Shown here in pieces: positions 9,747 through 18,351 of a stretch of DNA of 64,000 nucleotides. Source of the DNA: Hyalangium minutum. GTDB lineage: Bacteria > Myxococcota > Myxococcia > Myxococcales > Myxococcaceae. The stretch covers positions 434,001 through 498,000 of the forward strand of contig NZ_JMCB01000001.1 in assembly GCF_000737315.1 (NCBI RefSeq), in the 5' to 3' direction. The notes below the pieces were generated by a model, which saw only the letters and a program-made list of their open reading frames with translations, had not been told where the DNA came from and did no database searches. How positions within the stretch are numbered: position 1 is the stretch's first letter; each line of letters opens with the position of its first letter. A program made the translations under genes and the position numbers.

Positions 9747-10556
9747 CTACCCGTTATCCGCTTGAGCAGGACTTGGGGGCGCTTCCTTGGACGGAGGTCC
9801 CCCCAGTGGAGCGGGCGTAGACTGCATCGCTGGGTCCGCAGCGGAGTCCTTTGCACCGGGTACCGCAGGTGGAGGGCCCGATGCCTCTCGTGGCGAAGGC
9901 GCATCGGCCGCAGCAGGCATGGGCTGCTTCACCGAAGCTGGAGACGGGTCCTCTGCGCCAGGAAGCGGCGAAAGCGCATCGGCCGCAGCGGGCGTGGGCT
10001 GCTTCACGAAAGCTGGAGACGGGCTGGCTGGAAGCGCGGAAGCGCCTGAACCCACTCTTCCTGCGTACTTCCTGGGAGGCCTCGAAGGGTCGCGCCTGAT
10101 ACCAGCCACTTCTGCCTTGCTCTCTTGAACGGCTTCAAAGAGCAGGTCGGCCCTGACGCTCAGCTTGGTCACCCTGTCTGAGAACTGCGCCAGGGTGACG
10201 TTGAGCTCTTCCAGGGAGTGAACCTTTTGTTCAAACGCCTCCAGCTGGCCTCGCAGGACTTTGATCTCGTCCGTCTTGGTCCTTGAATCAAGGATGACGA
10301 GAACGTTGGTTGTCACCACGCCTGCCACCGTTGCAAACAAAGAGAACGACCCCAGGAGCTCCAGGATTCGCCGCGCCACCTTGGACTTCGTTGAGGATGT
10401 TTTTGAGGGAGGATGGCTCGTTGGGGTGGCAGGAGAAGGATAGAGGATGCCGACATGAGGAGGATGGATCTCCGCATGCCGCTGGAGTTCAGCCACTTCA
10501 TCGGAACTTCGGGGCAGGCGCCTGTCTTCAGGCGTCGGGTCACGCCACTTATGCAT
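9747..10556 (-). CDS. Single-TM coiled-coil protein with Pro/Ala-rich tail
   Basis: Hydrophobic segment LLGSFSLFATVAGVVTTNVLVIL, heptad-like region, Pro-rich C-terminus; ATG overlaps the GTPase stop (ATGCATAA). Confidence 0.65.
   Translation of the reverse strand: MHKWRDPTPEDRRLPRSSDEVAELQRHAEIHPPHVGILYPSPATPTSHPPSKTSSTKSKVARRILELLGSFSLFATVAGVVTTNVLVILDSRTKTDEIKVLRGQLEAFEQKVHSLEELNVTLAQFSDRVTKLSVRADLLFEAVQESKAEVAGIRRDPSRPPRKYAGRVGSGASALPASPSPAFVKQPTPAAADALSPLPGAEDPSPASVKQPMPAAADAPSPREASGPPPAVPGAKDSAADPAMQSTPAPLGGPPSKEAPPSPAQADNG
9892..10023. repeat. Two copies of a ~57-bp unit at 75-bp period (VKQPxPAAADA)
   Basis: GCGCATCGGCCGCAGC...GCTGCTTCAC...AAGCTGGAGACGGG at 9892 and 9967. Confidence 0.85.
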
Positions 10557-11664
10557 TGTTTGCTCTCATCATGGCTAGAGTCGACGAGGCGGAGATGGAA
10601 TCGGTGTTCGAGACATCCACAGCAGCCGCCAAAAGATCATCTTCAAGCCGGTTGATCTGCTCCCCCTCCCTGACCGAACCCACATACACTTCGAACTTGA
10701 TGCCTTCGCAGCGCTCCCGCAGCAACCCCTCGAGCTCCTTGAACAGCGCCCTGACAGCCTGTTTCTCGCGCGTCTTCAGGAGATCGGCCTTGTTGATGAA
10801 CAGGCACACATAGTTCAGGGTCTCCGCGGTCAAGAACCCGAAGACAGCATCCAGCGCCGTGCCGCTCCATTGGGCAAGATGGGTCTGCACGCGATTGAAG
10901 TTCGGTTCGTCGATCTGGGACGGCTCATCGTCCATGGGCGACTGCTTGGGTTCCTCGATGTCCACGAGAACGATGAGCGAATTGACATGGCCGTAAGCCA
11001 TGGGCGAGTACTTGATCTTTTGCTGCTTGATAAACGCACGGACGAGGGTTCCGATGTTCTGCCCCCGGTAGTCCGAAATATACAGATAGTGCCGGGACTG
11101 ATCGGTCCTGCGCTCCCCGTGGAAGAGGTGGTACTCTTCAGTCTTCTTGTCAGGATTGGCATCCAGATCTTTCACCAGGCTCCGGATGAGCGTTGTCTTC
11201 CCAGTGCCGCCCAATCCAATCATGATGACAGAGTTGCGCTTGGCTGGCGGAGGCAGCTTGACGGGCTTGACCATGCCTTCGGCCCAGTCCTTGGCGACCT
11301 CCCGAGCCACTTCCTGGGTCTTCTGAGCGACCTTCTGAGCCACTTCCTGAGAGACCTTCTCCCGGGTTTCAGTTGCGACCTGGGTCTTCACGCGACGCTT
11401 GAGGTATTCCTGGATGCACCAGGAAGCGAGTCCGACCACCGAAGTGAGGAGGAAGTAGACGGCTTGCGACCACGATGTCTCCACCGGCAACGGCAACGAT
11501 GGCGCTGTGTCCACCTGGGTGCCCTGCGCACCTGCGGATGTGGCAAGGGTGACGGCAACCAAGACGCCTATGTGAGTGCAGGCAGGCCAATCATGCCGCC
11601 CAGATGACAGTGAGAAGCGATAAGACACGGGCACTCTCCCTTCTGCTCGAGAACAACTGCACAC
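10549..11664 (-). CDS. Membrane-anchored Ras-like small GTPase (start uncertain)
   Basis: G1 GLGGTGKTT, G3 DYRGQ, G4 NKAD; N-terminal hydrophobic helix AVYFLLTSVVGLASWCI followed by a coiled linker. Confidence 0.75.
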   Translation of the reverse strand: MCSCSRAEGRVPVSYRFSLSSGRHDWPACTHIGVLVAVTLATSAGAQGTQVDTAPSLPLPVETSWSQAVYFLLTSVVGLASWCIQEYLKRRVKTQVATETREKVSQEVAQKVAQKTQEVAREVAKDWAEGMVKPVKLPPPAKRNSVIMIGLGGTGKTTLIRSLVKDLDANPDKKTEEYHLFHGERRTDQSRHYLYISDYRGQNIGTLVRAFIKQQKIKYSPMAYGHVNSLIVLVDIEEPKQSPMDDEPSQIDEPNFNRVQTHLAQWSGTALDAVFGFLTAETLNYVCLFINKADLLKTREKQAVRALFKELEGLLRERCEGIKFEVYVGSVREGEQINRLEDDLLAAAVDVSNTDSISASSTLAMMRANNA

Positions 11665-12064
11665 GGAAACGGGGCGGGTGGTGCCTGAGGCGCTGTCACA
11701 TCCTGAAGAACACCGAACCCGGGGCCCTGCTCATGAGCACTTCCCTTCGGAATAGGCTCATGAACGGTTGCGCCTCCTTGATGCGGCGCCAAAGTGCTGT
11801 CCGAGGCTCTCTCTCTCAAGCGTCCCCTTGGGTGTGGCCCTCTGTTCAGCGCCTCACCCCCGTGCTTCAAAAGAAGACTTCGAGGTTATCGATAACGTCC
11901 TCCTCCCCGAGGACCTAGCCGTTCTTGCCGTCCGCTGGTACGGCGCGGCTGTCGTCTCGGTGGCTGTGCCCTGGCACTGGCGCGCATACAGGCACGAGGG
12001 ATGCACGGACCCGACTGGGCGGCTCACGTGGCTGGGCCGCCTGGCTCTCGCGAAGGAGGCTCTC

Positions 12065-13525
12065 TTGAAACCCTGGCACTTACTGCTGCTGCTCTTGGCT
12101 TGTGTGACTTCCGAGCAGGATCCCTCCGCCGATCCTGGCACGCCCTCGGATGCGGAGGCTGTGACACTCGCCGGCTCCTTGGCGCCTCCTGGCAACACCG
12201 CCCAGAGACTGGCGGATATCCGGCCAGGCCCTGAGGGCTCTGATCCGCAGGAACTGGTGCATGGTGACCGCGGCCTCTTCTTCACCGCGGACGATGGCAT
12301 TCATGGACGCGAGCTGTGGGTCAGCACCGGCACGGGCGGCCCGGGTACCTTCCTGGTGAAGGATATTCGGCCCGGAGTGGAGAGCTCGAACCCGAGGGAT
12401 CTCACGCGGATGGGGAACCGTGTCTTCTTCTCGGCCAATGACGGCGCGAGTGGGCAAGAGCTGTGGGTGAGCGACGGGACCCCCACGGGCACCTATCTCG
12501 TGAAGGACATCCTCCCCGGGGCAGGCAACGCCATCGAACCCGTTCCTTTCCGGCACGAGCGCCGCTTCCAGGAGTTCGGTGGGGTGCTCTACTTCGGCGC
12601 GAACGACGGTGTGCATGGAAGCGAGCTGTGGCGCAGCGATGGCACGGCGGTCGGCACTCGCATGGTAGAGGATCTCGCCCCGGGAACCGAGAGTTCCTCC
12701 CCTCGCCGCTTCGCGCGGACGGAGCAAGCCTTCTACTTCGTAGGCAGCCGAGGGACGAGCGTCCACTTGTTGCGCAGCACGGGCAGGCCGGGTGCTGTCT
12801 CCGTGCTGGAGCGCTTCGAGGACAACCTCATCTTCAATCTCACGCCGGTGATGTCGCGCCTCTTCTTCCTCGTGGACAATGACGAAGGCGAGGCCAGCCT
12901 CTGGAAGACGGACGGCACGGCGGCCACCACGCTCCCACTGCGCTTCTTCCATGGCGAGTACCCGCATGACTTCGTTGCGCTTGGAAACCGGCTCGTGTTC
13001 AGCGCGGGCGCGAACTTCAACGGCGGGGACTCCGGCGGCGAGCCCGAGGGAGAGGAGCTGTGGATGAGCGACGGCACCGTGAGGGGGACGTGGCTGCTCA
13101 AGGATATCCGCCCTGGCCCGTTGAGCTCCGCGCCCGGAGCGCTCGCGGTGCTCAACGGGCGCGTCTTCTTCGCGGCGGACAACGGCGGAGGCCTGGGACG
13201 CGAGCTATGGGTGACGGATGGTACCGCCGTGGGAACGCGCCTCTTCAAGGACTTGGAGCATGGGCCGGGTTCGTCTTCACCCGAGGAACTCACCGCCATT
13301 CAGGGCACGCTCTTCTTCAGCGCACAGACACCTGGGAGGGGTCGCGAGCTGTGGGTGAGCCATGGCACGGTGGCTGGCACCGTGCCACTGCCGGAGTTGA
13401 ACCCGGGTCCGGCCTCAAGCTCGCCGAGCGGCTTCGTACACTCAGGCCAGGCCATCTTCTTCACCGCGAAAGACAGTGCGGGCCGGGAGCTGTGGGCCTT
13501 GCCCTTCTGGCGCACGAATCCATGA
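12065..13525 (+). CDS. ELWxxDGT repeat lipoprotein
   Basis: AAGGAGG then TTG at 12065 (MKPWHLLLLLLAC lipobox); multiple ELWxSDGT repeats. The longer ORF-track start is likely spurious. Confidence 0.85.
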   Translation: MKPWHLLLLLLACVTSEQDPSADPGTPSDAEAVTLAGSLAPPGNTAQRLADIRPGPEGSDPQELVHGDRGLFFTADDGIHGRELWVSTGTGGPGTFLVKDIRPGVESSNPRDLTRMGNRVFFSANDGASGQELWVSDGTPTGTYLVKDILPGAGNAIEPVPFRHERRFQEFGGVLYFGANDGVHGSELWRSDGTAVGTRMVEDLAPGTESSSPRRFARTEQAFYFVGSRGTSVHLLRSTGRPGAVSVLERFEDNLIFNLTPVMSRLFFLVDNDEGEASLWKTDGTAATTLPLRFFHGEYPHDFVALGNRLVFSAGANFNGGDSGGEPEGEELWMSDGTVRGTWLLKDIRPGPLSSAPGALAVLNGRVFFAADNGGGLGRELWVTDGTAVGTRLFKDLEHGPGSSSPEELTAIQGTLFFSAQTPGRGRELWVSHGTVAGTVPLPELNPGPASSSPSGFVHSGQAIFFTAKDSAGRELWALPFWRTNP

Positions 13526-13617
13526 GGGCATCGGATGCCCCTCGGCTCCCTTCCCTCCCATGATTGCGGCATCTCTTCTTCATGCGCACCTCATGAGACA
13601 GGAGCAGGAGGCTCACC

Positions 13618-14022
13618 ATGGCTGACGTGCTCACGCGGATGTGGCGGGAGCTCTCCGAGCGCCCCGAAGGACCGCTGGCGTTCCGTTTCTACATCCAACC
13701 GCTGATGGCGATGCTGTTCGCCGTGCGCGACGGCATCAAGGACGCGCGTGCGGGACGGCCCGCCTACTTCTGGGCGCTCTTCACGGACAAGCCGAATCGG
13801 AGGAAGTTGCTGCGCTCTGGATGGAACTCGGTCGACAAGATCTGCATCTTCGCGTTCGTGCTCGACACGCTCTACCAGCTCTTCGTGCTCAAGGGGTTGC
13901 GGCCAATCCAGGGGATGCTCGTCGCCGTGCTCCTGGCCCTCGTGCCGTACGTGCTGTTGCGCGGCCCTGTGAACCGGCTTGCGCGTGCCCTCCAGCATCG
14001 CAGGGCCAGCGAACAGGAATGA
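13618..14022 (+). CDS. Small membrane protein
   Basis: GGAGG RBS, three hydrophobic segments. Confidence 0.75.
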   Translation: MADVLTRMWRELSERPEGPLAFRFYIQPLMAMLFAVRDGIKDARAGRPAYFWALFTDKPNRRKLLRSGWNSVDKICIFAFVLDTLYQLFVLKGLRPIQGMLVAVLLALVPYVLLRGPVNRLARALQHRRASEQE

Positions 14023-14280
14023 AGGAATGTGCCGAGCGGGAGCCACCCCTCCCCTCACCTCCAGTTGCTGGAGTGGCGGCCATGGGAGGCAGCGAGCCAC
14101 CAGACGCGCGCCTCCCCATGGCATCGGGTGAGAGCCCTGAGGACTCGACCGCACCGGGACAACTCATACAGCCTGGTGAGCGGACGCTCCCAGTTCCAAG
14201 GGGGTGGGCTGTGGCTTGCCACGGCTTCGGGGCACTCCCAGGTTCGTGGTGAGACACCCCTGCTTCCAGCGAGGTCCGCC

Positions 14281-14862
14281 ATGGCCATCACCGTCTCCCG
14301 TACCGAATCCACCCCGGGTTCCCGCACCACAGCGAGCATGTGGGGAGGGCCTTTCATCATGGGGTTGCTCTTGACGTTGCTCGGAATCGTGGCGCTGGGA
14401 GCGGTCGCCCTGACCAGTGTCGTCTCCGTCATCTTCTCGGGCACCATGCTGGTGGTGGCAGGCATCCTCGAGTTCGTTCACGCCTTCCGCATCCGCAAGA
14501 CGGGCCCCTTCTGGACGTACCTGCTGGGCAGCCTTTTCTCCATCGTGGTGGGAGCAATGCTGGTGGCACGGCCGGGGGTCGGGCTGGTGACGGTGACGCT
14601 TCTGCTGGCCGGGTACTTCTTCGCCAGTGGACTCTTCCGGGGCATCACCTCTATTGCCGACCGTTACAAGGGCTGGGGCTGGGATCTGGCCTACGGCATC
14701 GTGTCTGTGATGCTGGGCGCCATCATCTTCTCCCAGTTCCCCTTCTCCACGCTGTGGACGCTGGGCCTCGTGGTGGGCGTGGAGATTCTCTCCCGTGGCA
14801 TCTCCATCATGGCGGGCGCGCTGGCGGTGCGGGGAGTGCTGCGCCAGCAGGTTCACGCCTGA
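14281..14862 (+). CDS. HdeD/DUF308 family membrane protein
   Basis: Six TM helices with the repeated pattern typical of HdeD (G..L...G.......AF; WGWDLAYGIVS). Confidence 0.8.
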   Translation: MAITVSRTESTPGSRTTASMWGGPFIMGLLLTLLGIVALGAVALTSVVSVIFSGTMLVVAGILEFVHAFRIRKTGPFWTYLLGSLFSIVVGAMLVARPGVGLVTVTLLLAGYFFASGLFRGITSIADRYKGWGWDLAYGIVSVMLGAIIFSQFPFSTLWTLGLVVGVEILSRGISIMAGALAVRGVLRQQVHA

Positions 14863-14873
14863 GACGGGGGCCG

Positions 14874-16109
14874 CTACCGCGCGCTCTTCGCCCGGACGCC
14901 GTCGATCTCGACGAGGAGATGGAGGGGGCCTCGAAGCACCGGGTTGGGCCGGTAGGGGGGCGGATCGGCGACGAGCCTGGGGTTCTCGAGGCGGCAAGCC
15001 AGCTCGGTCAGGGCAATCTGCGCCTCTAGCCGGGCCAGCGGTGCACCAAAGCAGTAGTGAATGCCGCTGCCGAAACCGAGGTGCTGGTTGTTGGTCCGGT
15101 CGGGGATGAAGCGATCGGGATCGCGGAAGCGGCCGGGGTCGCGGCTGCCCGAGGCGAGCATCAACACGAGCGGCGAGCCCTTGGGGATGGTGGTGCCGGC
15201 GATGTCGATGTCGTCCAGAGTGGCGCGTTGAGCCAGGAACTGCACCGGTGGTTCGTAGCGCAGCAACTCCTCGACGAGCGGGATGATCAGTATGGGTTCG
15301 CGGCGCAGCCGATCAAGCACGTCGGGGTGACGCAGCAGGGTGAGCATGCCATTGGCGATGAGGTTGACGGTGGTCTCATGGCCAGCGATGAGCAGCAACA
15401 CGGCGGTGCTCACCAGGTCGCCCCGCGACATCCTCCCATCGGGACCGTTATCGGTGAGGAGCTGAGAGAGCAGATCGCCGCCGGGCTGGCGGAGGTGGGC
15501 GTCGGCGAGCCCATCGAGGTACTGGTTCAGCTCCGCGCTGATTCGGTCGCGCCGAACCTGCCGCTCCTTGATCGTCCCTGTGCTGGGATCAACGGTCTCG
15601 ACGAGCGCGCGGACCCACGGGTGGAAGCGCGGTTCGTCCTCGCGAGGGACCCCGAGCAGCTCGCAGATCACCGTCACTGGGAGTGGGTAGGCAACATCGT
15701 CGACGACGTCTACCCGGCCCTTGCCCGCAAGCGCGTCGAGCAGGCCCGTGGTGATCTGGAGCAGCCAGGGACGAAGGGCATCAATCCGCGCGGGGCTGTG
15801 GGGCGGCCCGAAGGGCCGCATCGCTAGCCTCCGGAGCCGGTCGTGGCAAGGAGGGTCGCGTCCGATGAAGGGCAGCGGCAGCCCTGGAGGGCCCTCTTGG
15901 AGTGCGGCGGCCAACTGAGGATTGTTGCGGCGATCGGAGCTGACGCGTGGGTCGTGGAGCAACGCGACGATCTCGTCGTAGGTGCTGACGACGTACGTGC
16001 CGTCGGCCTCCCGCGCCACGGGCGTCTTCCGCAGCTCGGCGTAGAGCGGGTACGGGTTGGCCCGGTGGGCGGGGTCGAGGATCTGCTCGTAGATGCTGGC
16101 CTCTGCCAT
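14874..16109 (-). CDS. Cytochrome P450
   Basis: I-helix AGHETT, EELLR (ExxR), heme motif FGSGIHYCFG. Confidence 0.97.
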   Translation of the reverse strand: MAEASIYEQILDPAHRANPYPLYAELRKTPVAREADGTYVVSTYDEIVALLHDPRVSSDRRNNPQLAAALQEGPPGLPLPFIGRDPPCHDRLRRLAMRPFGPPHSPARIDALRPWLLQITTGLLDALAGKGRVDVVDDVAYPLPVTVICELLGVPREDEPRFHPWVRALVETVDPSTGTIKERQVRRDRISAELNQYLDGLADAHLRQPGGDLLSQLLTDNGPDGRMSRGDLVSTAVLLLIAGHETTVNLIANGMLTLLRHPDVLDRLRREPILIIPLVEELLRYEPPVQFLAQRATLDDIDIAGTTIPKGSPLVLMLASGSRDPGRFRDPDRFIPDRTNNQHLGFGSGIHYCFGAPLARLEAQIALTELACRLENPRLVADPPPYRPNPVLRGPLHLLVEIDGVRAKSAR

Positions 16110-16172
16110 GACACAGCCTCCTGGAACACGTGGGACGTGTGCGGTGGGGGTTCCGGCCTGCCGACGCTCGAG

Positions 16173-17810
16173 TCACCGACGCCGGTACAGCCACTGGACC
16201 CGCCGCTCGTATGGCTCGCGGCCGGTAACCACGACGGTGGCCTCTTGGGTAAGCACAGTCCGATCCGGAATCTGGGCCGGAACAGGCAGCATCTCGGCGG
16301 GCGAGTCGACGGTGCGGAAGGCAGGAGGGAACGGCGCGGCCGCGTCGATGAGCCCCTGGTAGAACTCCAGCCATTTCGCCTGGTCGAAAGCGACCGCAGC
16401 GGTGATGCGTCCTCTGTAGCCGTAGACGGCCACGAACCGGCGCTCAGCGAGCGAGCCTTGGGTGATGACGAGCTGGTCAGCGAAGGTCGGCACCCCCACC
16501 GCCTTGATGTGGGTGCCGAACTGCGCGGACCAAAAGGTGGGCATGGCCAGGTGTGGCCAGCGGTCGGTCTCCGCGCTGATCATGTTGTGCCCCGCAATCT
16601 CGCCTTGCGCGAGCGCGTTGCCCCAGTGCTCGAGGGACAGGAACTGGTAGTCGCAGAGTGGGTGGGGGAAGCGGGCCACATCCCCCGCGACAAAGACGTC
16701 ATCGGTCACCAGCCCGTTGATGTCGAACGCCCGGCAGCCCGTATCGCAGGACACTCCCCACCGTGTGGCCGCCAGCCCTGAGCCGCGCAGCCACTCCACG
16801 TTGCGGATCGCCCCCAGTGCGACCACAGCGATGTCCACCTCCAGCGTCGAGCCGTCGGACAGGTGGGCCCGCCGCAACCGCCCGCTCGCATCCCCCTCCA
16901 GCTTCGTGACCGTGACACCGCAGCGCAGGTCGACGCCGTGGTCGCGCTGCAGGTCCGCTGCAACTGCTCCGAGTACCCCGCCAAGTACCCCCACCAGTGG
17001 GGCGGCGCCCCGCTCGACGACGGTGACCGGCAGGCCCAGCTCGCGGCATGCGGAGGCAACCTCCGAGCCGACGAACCCGGCGCCGATGACCAGGACCCGG
17101 CCGGGCTTGGCAGCGAAGCGCCGCTGCAGCTGGGCTGCGTCGCCGAGGGTGCGCAGCACCTCCACCCCTTCCAGCGACGCCTCCGCCTCGTTGGGCCACG
17201 GCCGGGCACGCGTCCCGGTCGCGATCAGCAACCGATCGAACTCGACCGTCTGCCCGTTGGCGAGCAGGACCTGCTTGCCTGCCAGGTCGAGCCCTACGGC
17301 ACGGACACCCAGGCGCCAGTCCGCATCAAGCGTGTCGCGAAGAGGCAGCATCGTGCGCTCGGCCTGCACCCACCCCGTCAGGATTTCTTTGGACAGCGGC
17401 GGCCGGTCATACGGCGCGTACGCCTCGTCCCCGATCAGGGTCAACGACCCGGCAAAGCCCTCGGTGCGGAGCGCGACCGCGGCCCTCAGCCCAGCCAGGG
17501 ACGCGCCGACGATGACGATGCGGCCACCGCGCTTGAACGCCGCCTCCGCGGGGGTGCCATGCACGGGCGCAGCGGGCTTCCGTTCCTTTGCGGCGTCTTT
17601 CTGCACCGCCTCCAAGGTGGCCATCTCGCGAATGTGGATGGCCTGGACCGGGCATGCGGCCGCGGCCCGCAGGACCTGCTCACGAACGGACTCGTCTGGG
17701 CTGGGGTCGTACACCAGCGCGTCCCCGGACTGCATCTTGAACACGCTCGGCGCGAGGAAGGCGCACTGCGCATACCCCTGGCAGCGGGTGAGGTCGACGA
17801 TGACTCTCAT
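16173..17810 (-). CDS. Ferredoxin / FAD-dependent ferredoxin reductase fusion
   Basis: N-terminal CQGYAQC...CP ([3Fe-4S]-type ferredoxin), then GASLAG FAD motif, YDRPPLSK, IGAGFVGSE NADH motif, VFVAGD, FWSAQ. Confidence 0.92.
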   Translation of the reverse strand: MRVIVDLTRCQGYAQCAFLAPSVFKMQSGDALVYDPSPDESVREQVLRAAAACPVQAIHIREMATLEAVQKDAAKERKPAAPVHGTPAEAAFKRGGRIVIVGASLAGLRAAVALRTEGFAGSLTLIGDEAYAPYDRPPLSKEILTGWVQAERTMLPLRDTLDADWRLGVRAVGLDLAGKQVLLANGQTVEFDRLLIATGTRARPWPNEAEASLEGVEVLRTLGDAAQLQRRFAAKPGRVLVIGAGFVGSEVASACRELGLPVTVVERGAAPLVGVLGGVLGAVAADLQRDHGVDLRCGVTVTKLEGDASGRLRRAHLSDGSTLEVDIAVVALGAIRNVEWLRGSGLAATRWGVSCDTGCRAFDINGLVTDDVFVAGDVARFPHPLCDYQFLSLEHWGNALAQGEIAGHNMISAETDRWPHLAMPTFWSAQFGTHIKAVGVPTFADQLVITQGSLAERRFVAVYGYRGRITAAVAFDQAKWLEFYQGLIDAAAPFPPAFRTVDSPAEMLPVPAQIPDRTVLTQEATVVVTGREPYERRVQWLYRRR

Positions 17811-18059
17811 GTGAACATGGCCCCCTTGAGAAAGTGGCGCCTACCCCGGGCGAGCTGCACACCGCTGAAGCTGACGCGGCATCAGCGCAGGCAATCTCGA
17901 CCCGCTCGCAAGCCATGCCCAGGGACGCAAGTCCGTGGAGTCACCCGGTGTACGTTCATCATCCGCTCCACGTTCAATCGTCAGTGGAGCGATCAGACCC
18001 TGGCTCACTGGCGCCACGGCCACGGCACGGCAACGGCGCAAATCCTGCTCGACGCGGTG

Positions 18060-18300
18060 GGGCGCTCAACCGGACGCTGTTCTCGCCAGCCTTCGCCTGG
18101 GACCGCATCGCCGGGCAGCTCGGGCACATCGCCGAGCAGGGAGTCATGGGGCGGCTCATCCGCCCCGCTTCGCGCTACGCAGGTCTCAGGACGGGCTGAG
18201 CATCCACGCAGGAGGCGGCCTGCTGGTGTTGCTCACCGTCACGGTACTCTCAGTCTACAAGCCATGGGGCAGGACTCCGTCCTGCTGGATAGGCAAGCCC
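18060..18300 (+). pseudogene. Frameshifted 3' remnant of a DUF2269-like membrane protein gene
   Basis: GQLGHIAEQGVMG...YAGLRT, frameshift near 18196, then LSIHAGGGLLVLLTVTVLSVYKPWGRTP. The LSVYKPWG ending is recalled from this family; no intact 5' part. Confidence 0.45.
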
Positions 18301-18351
18301 GGCGGGCGCGCTTTCCAGTCTGTCGATTTGAAGACACAGTGCCTGTCACGA

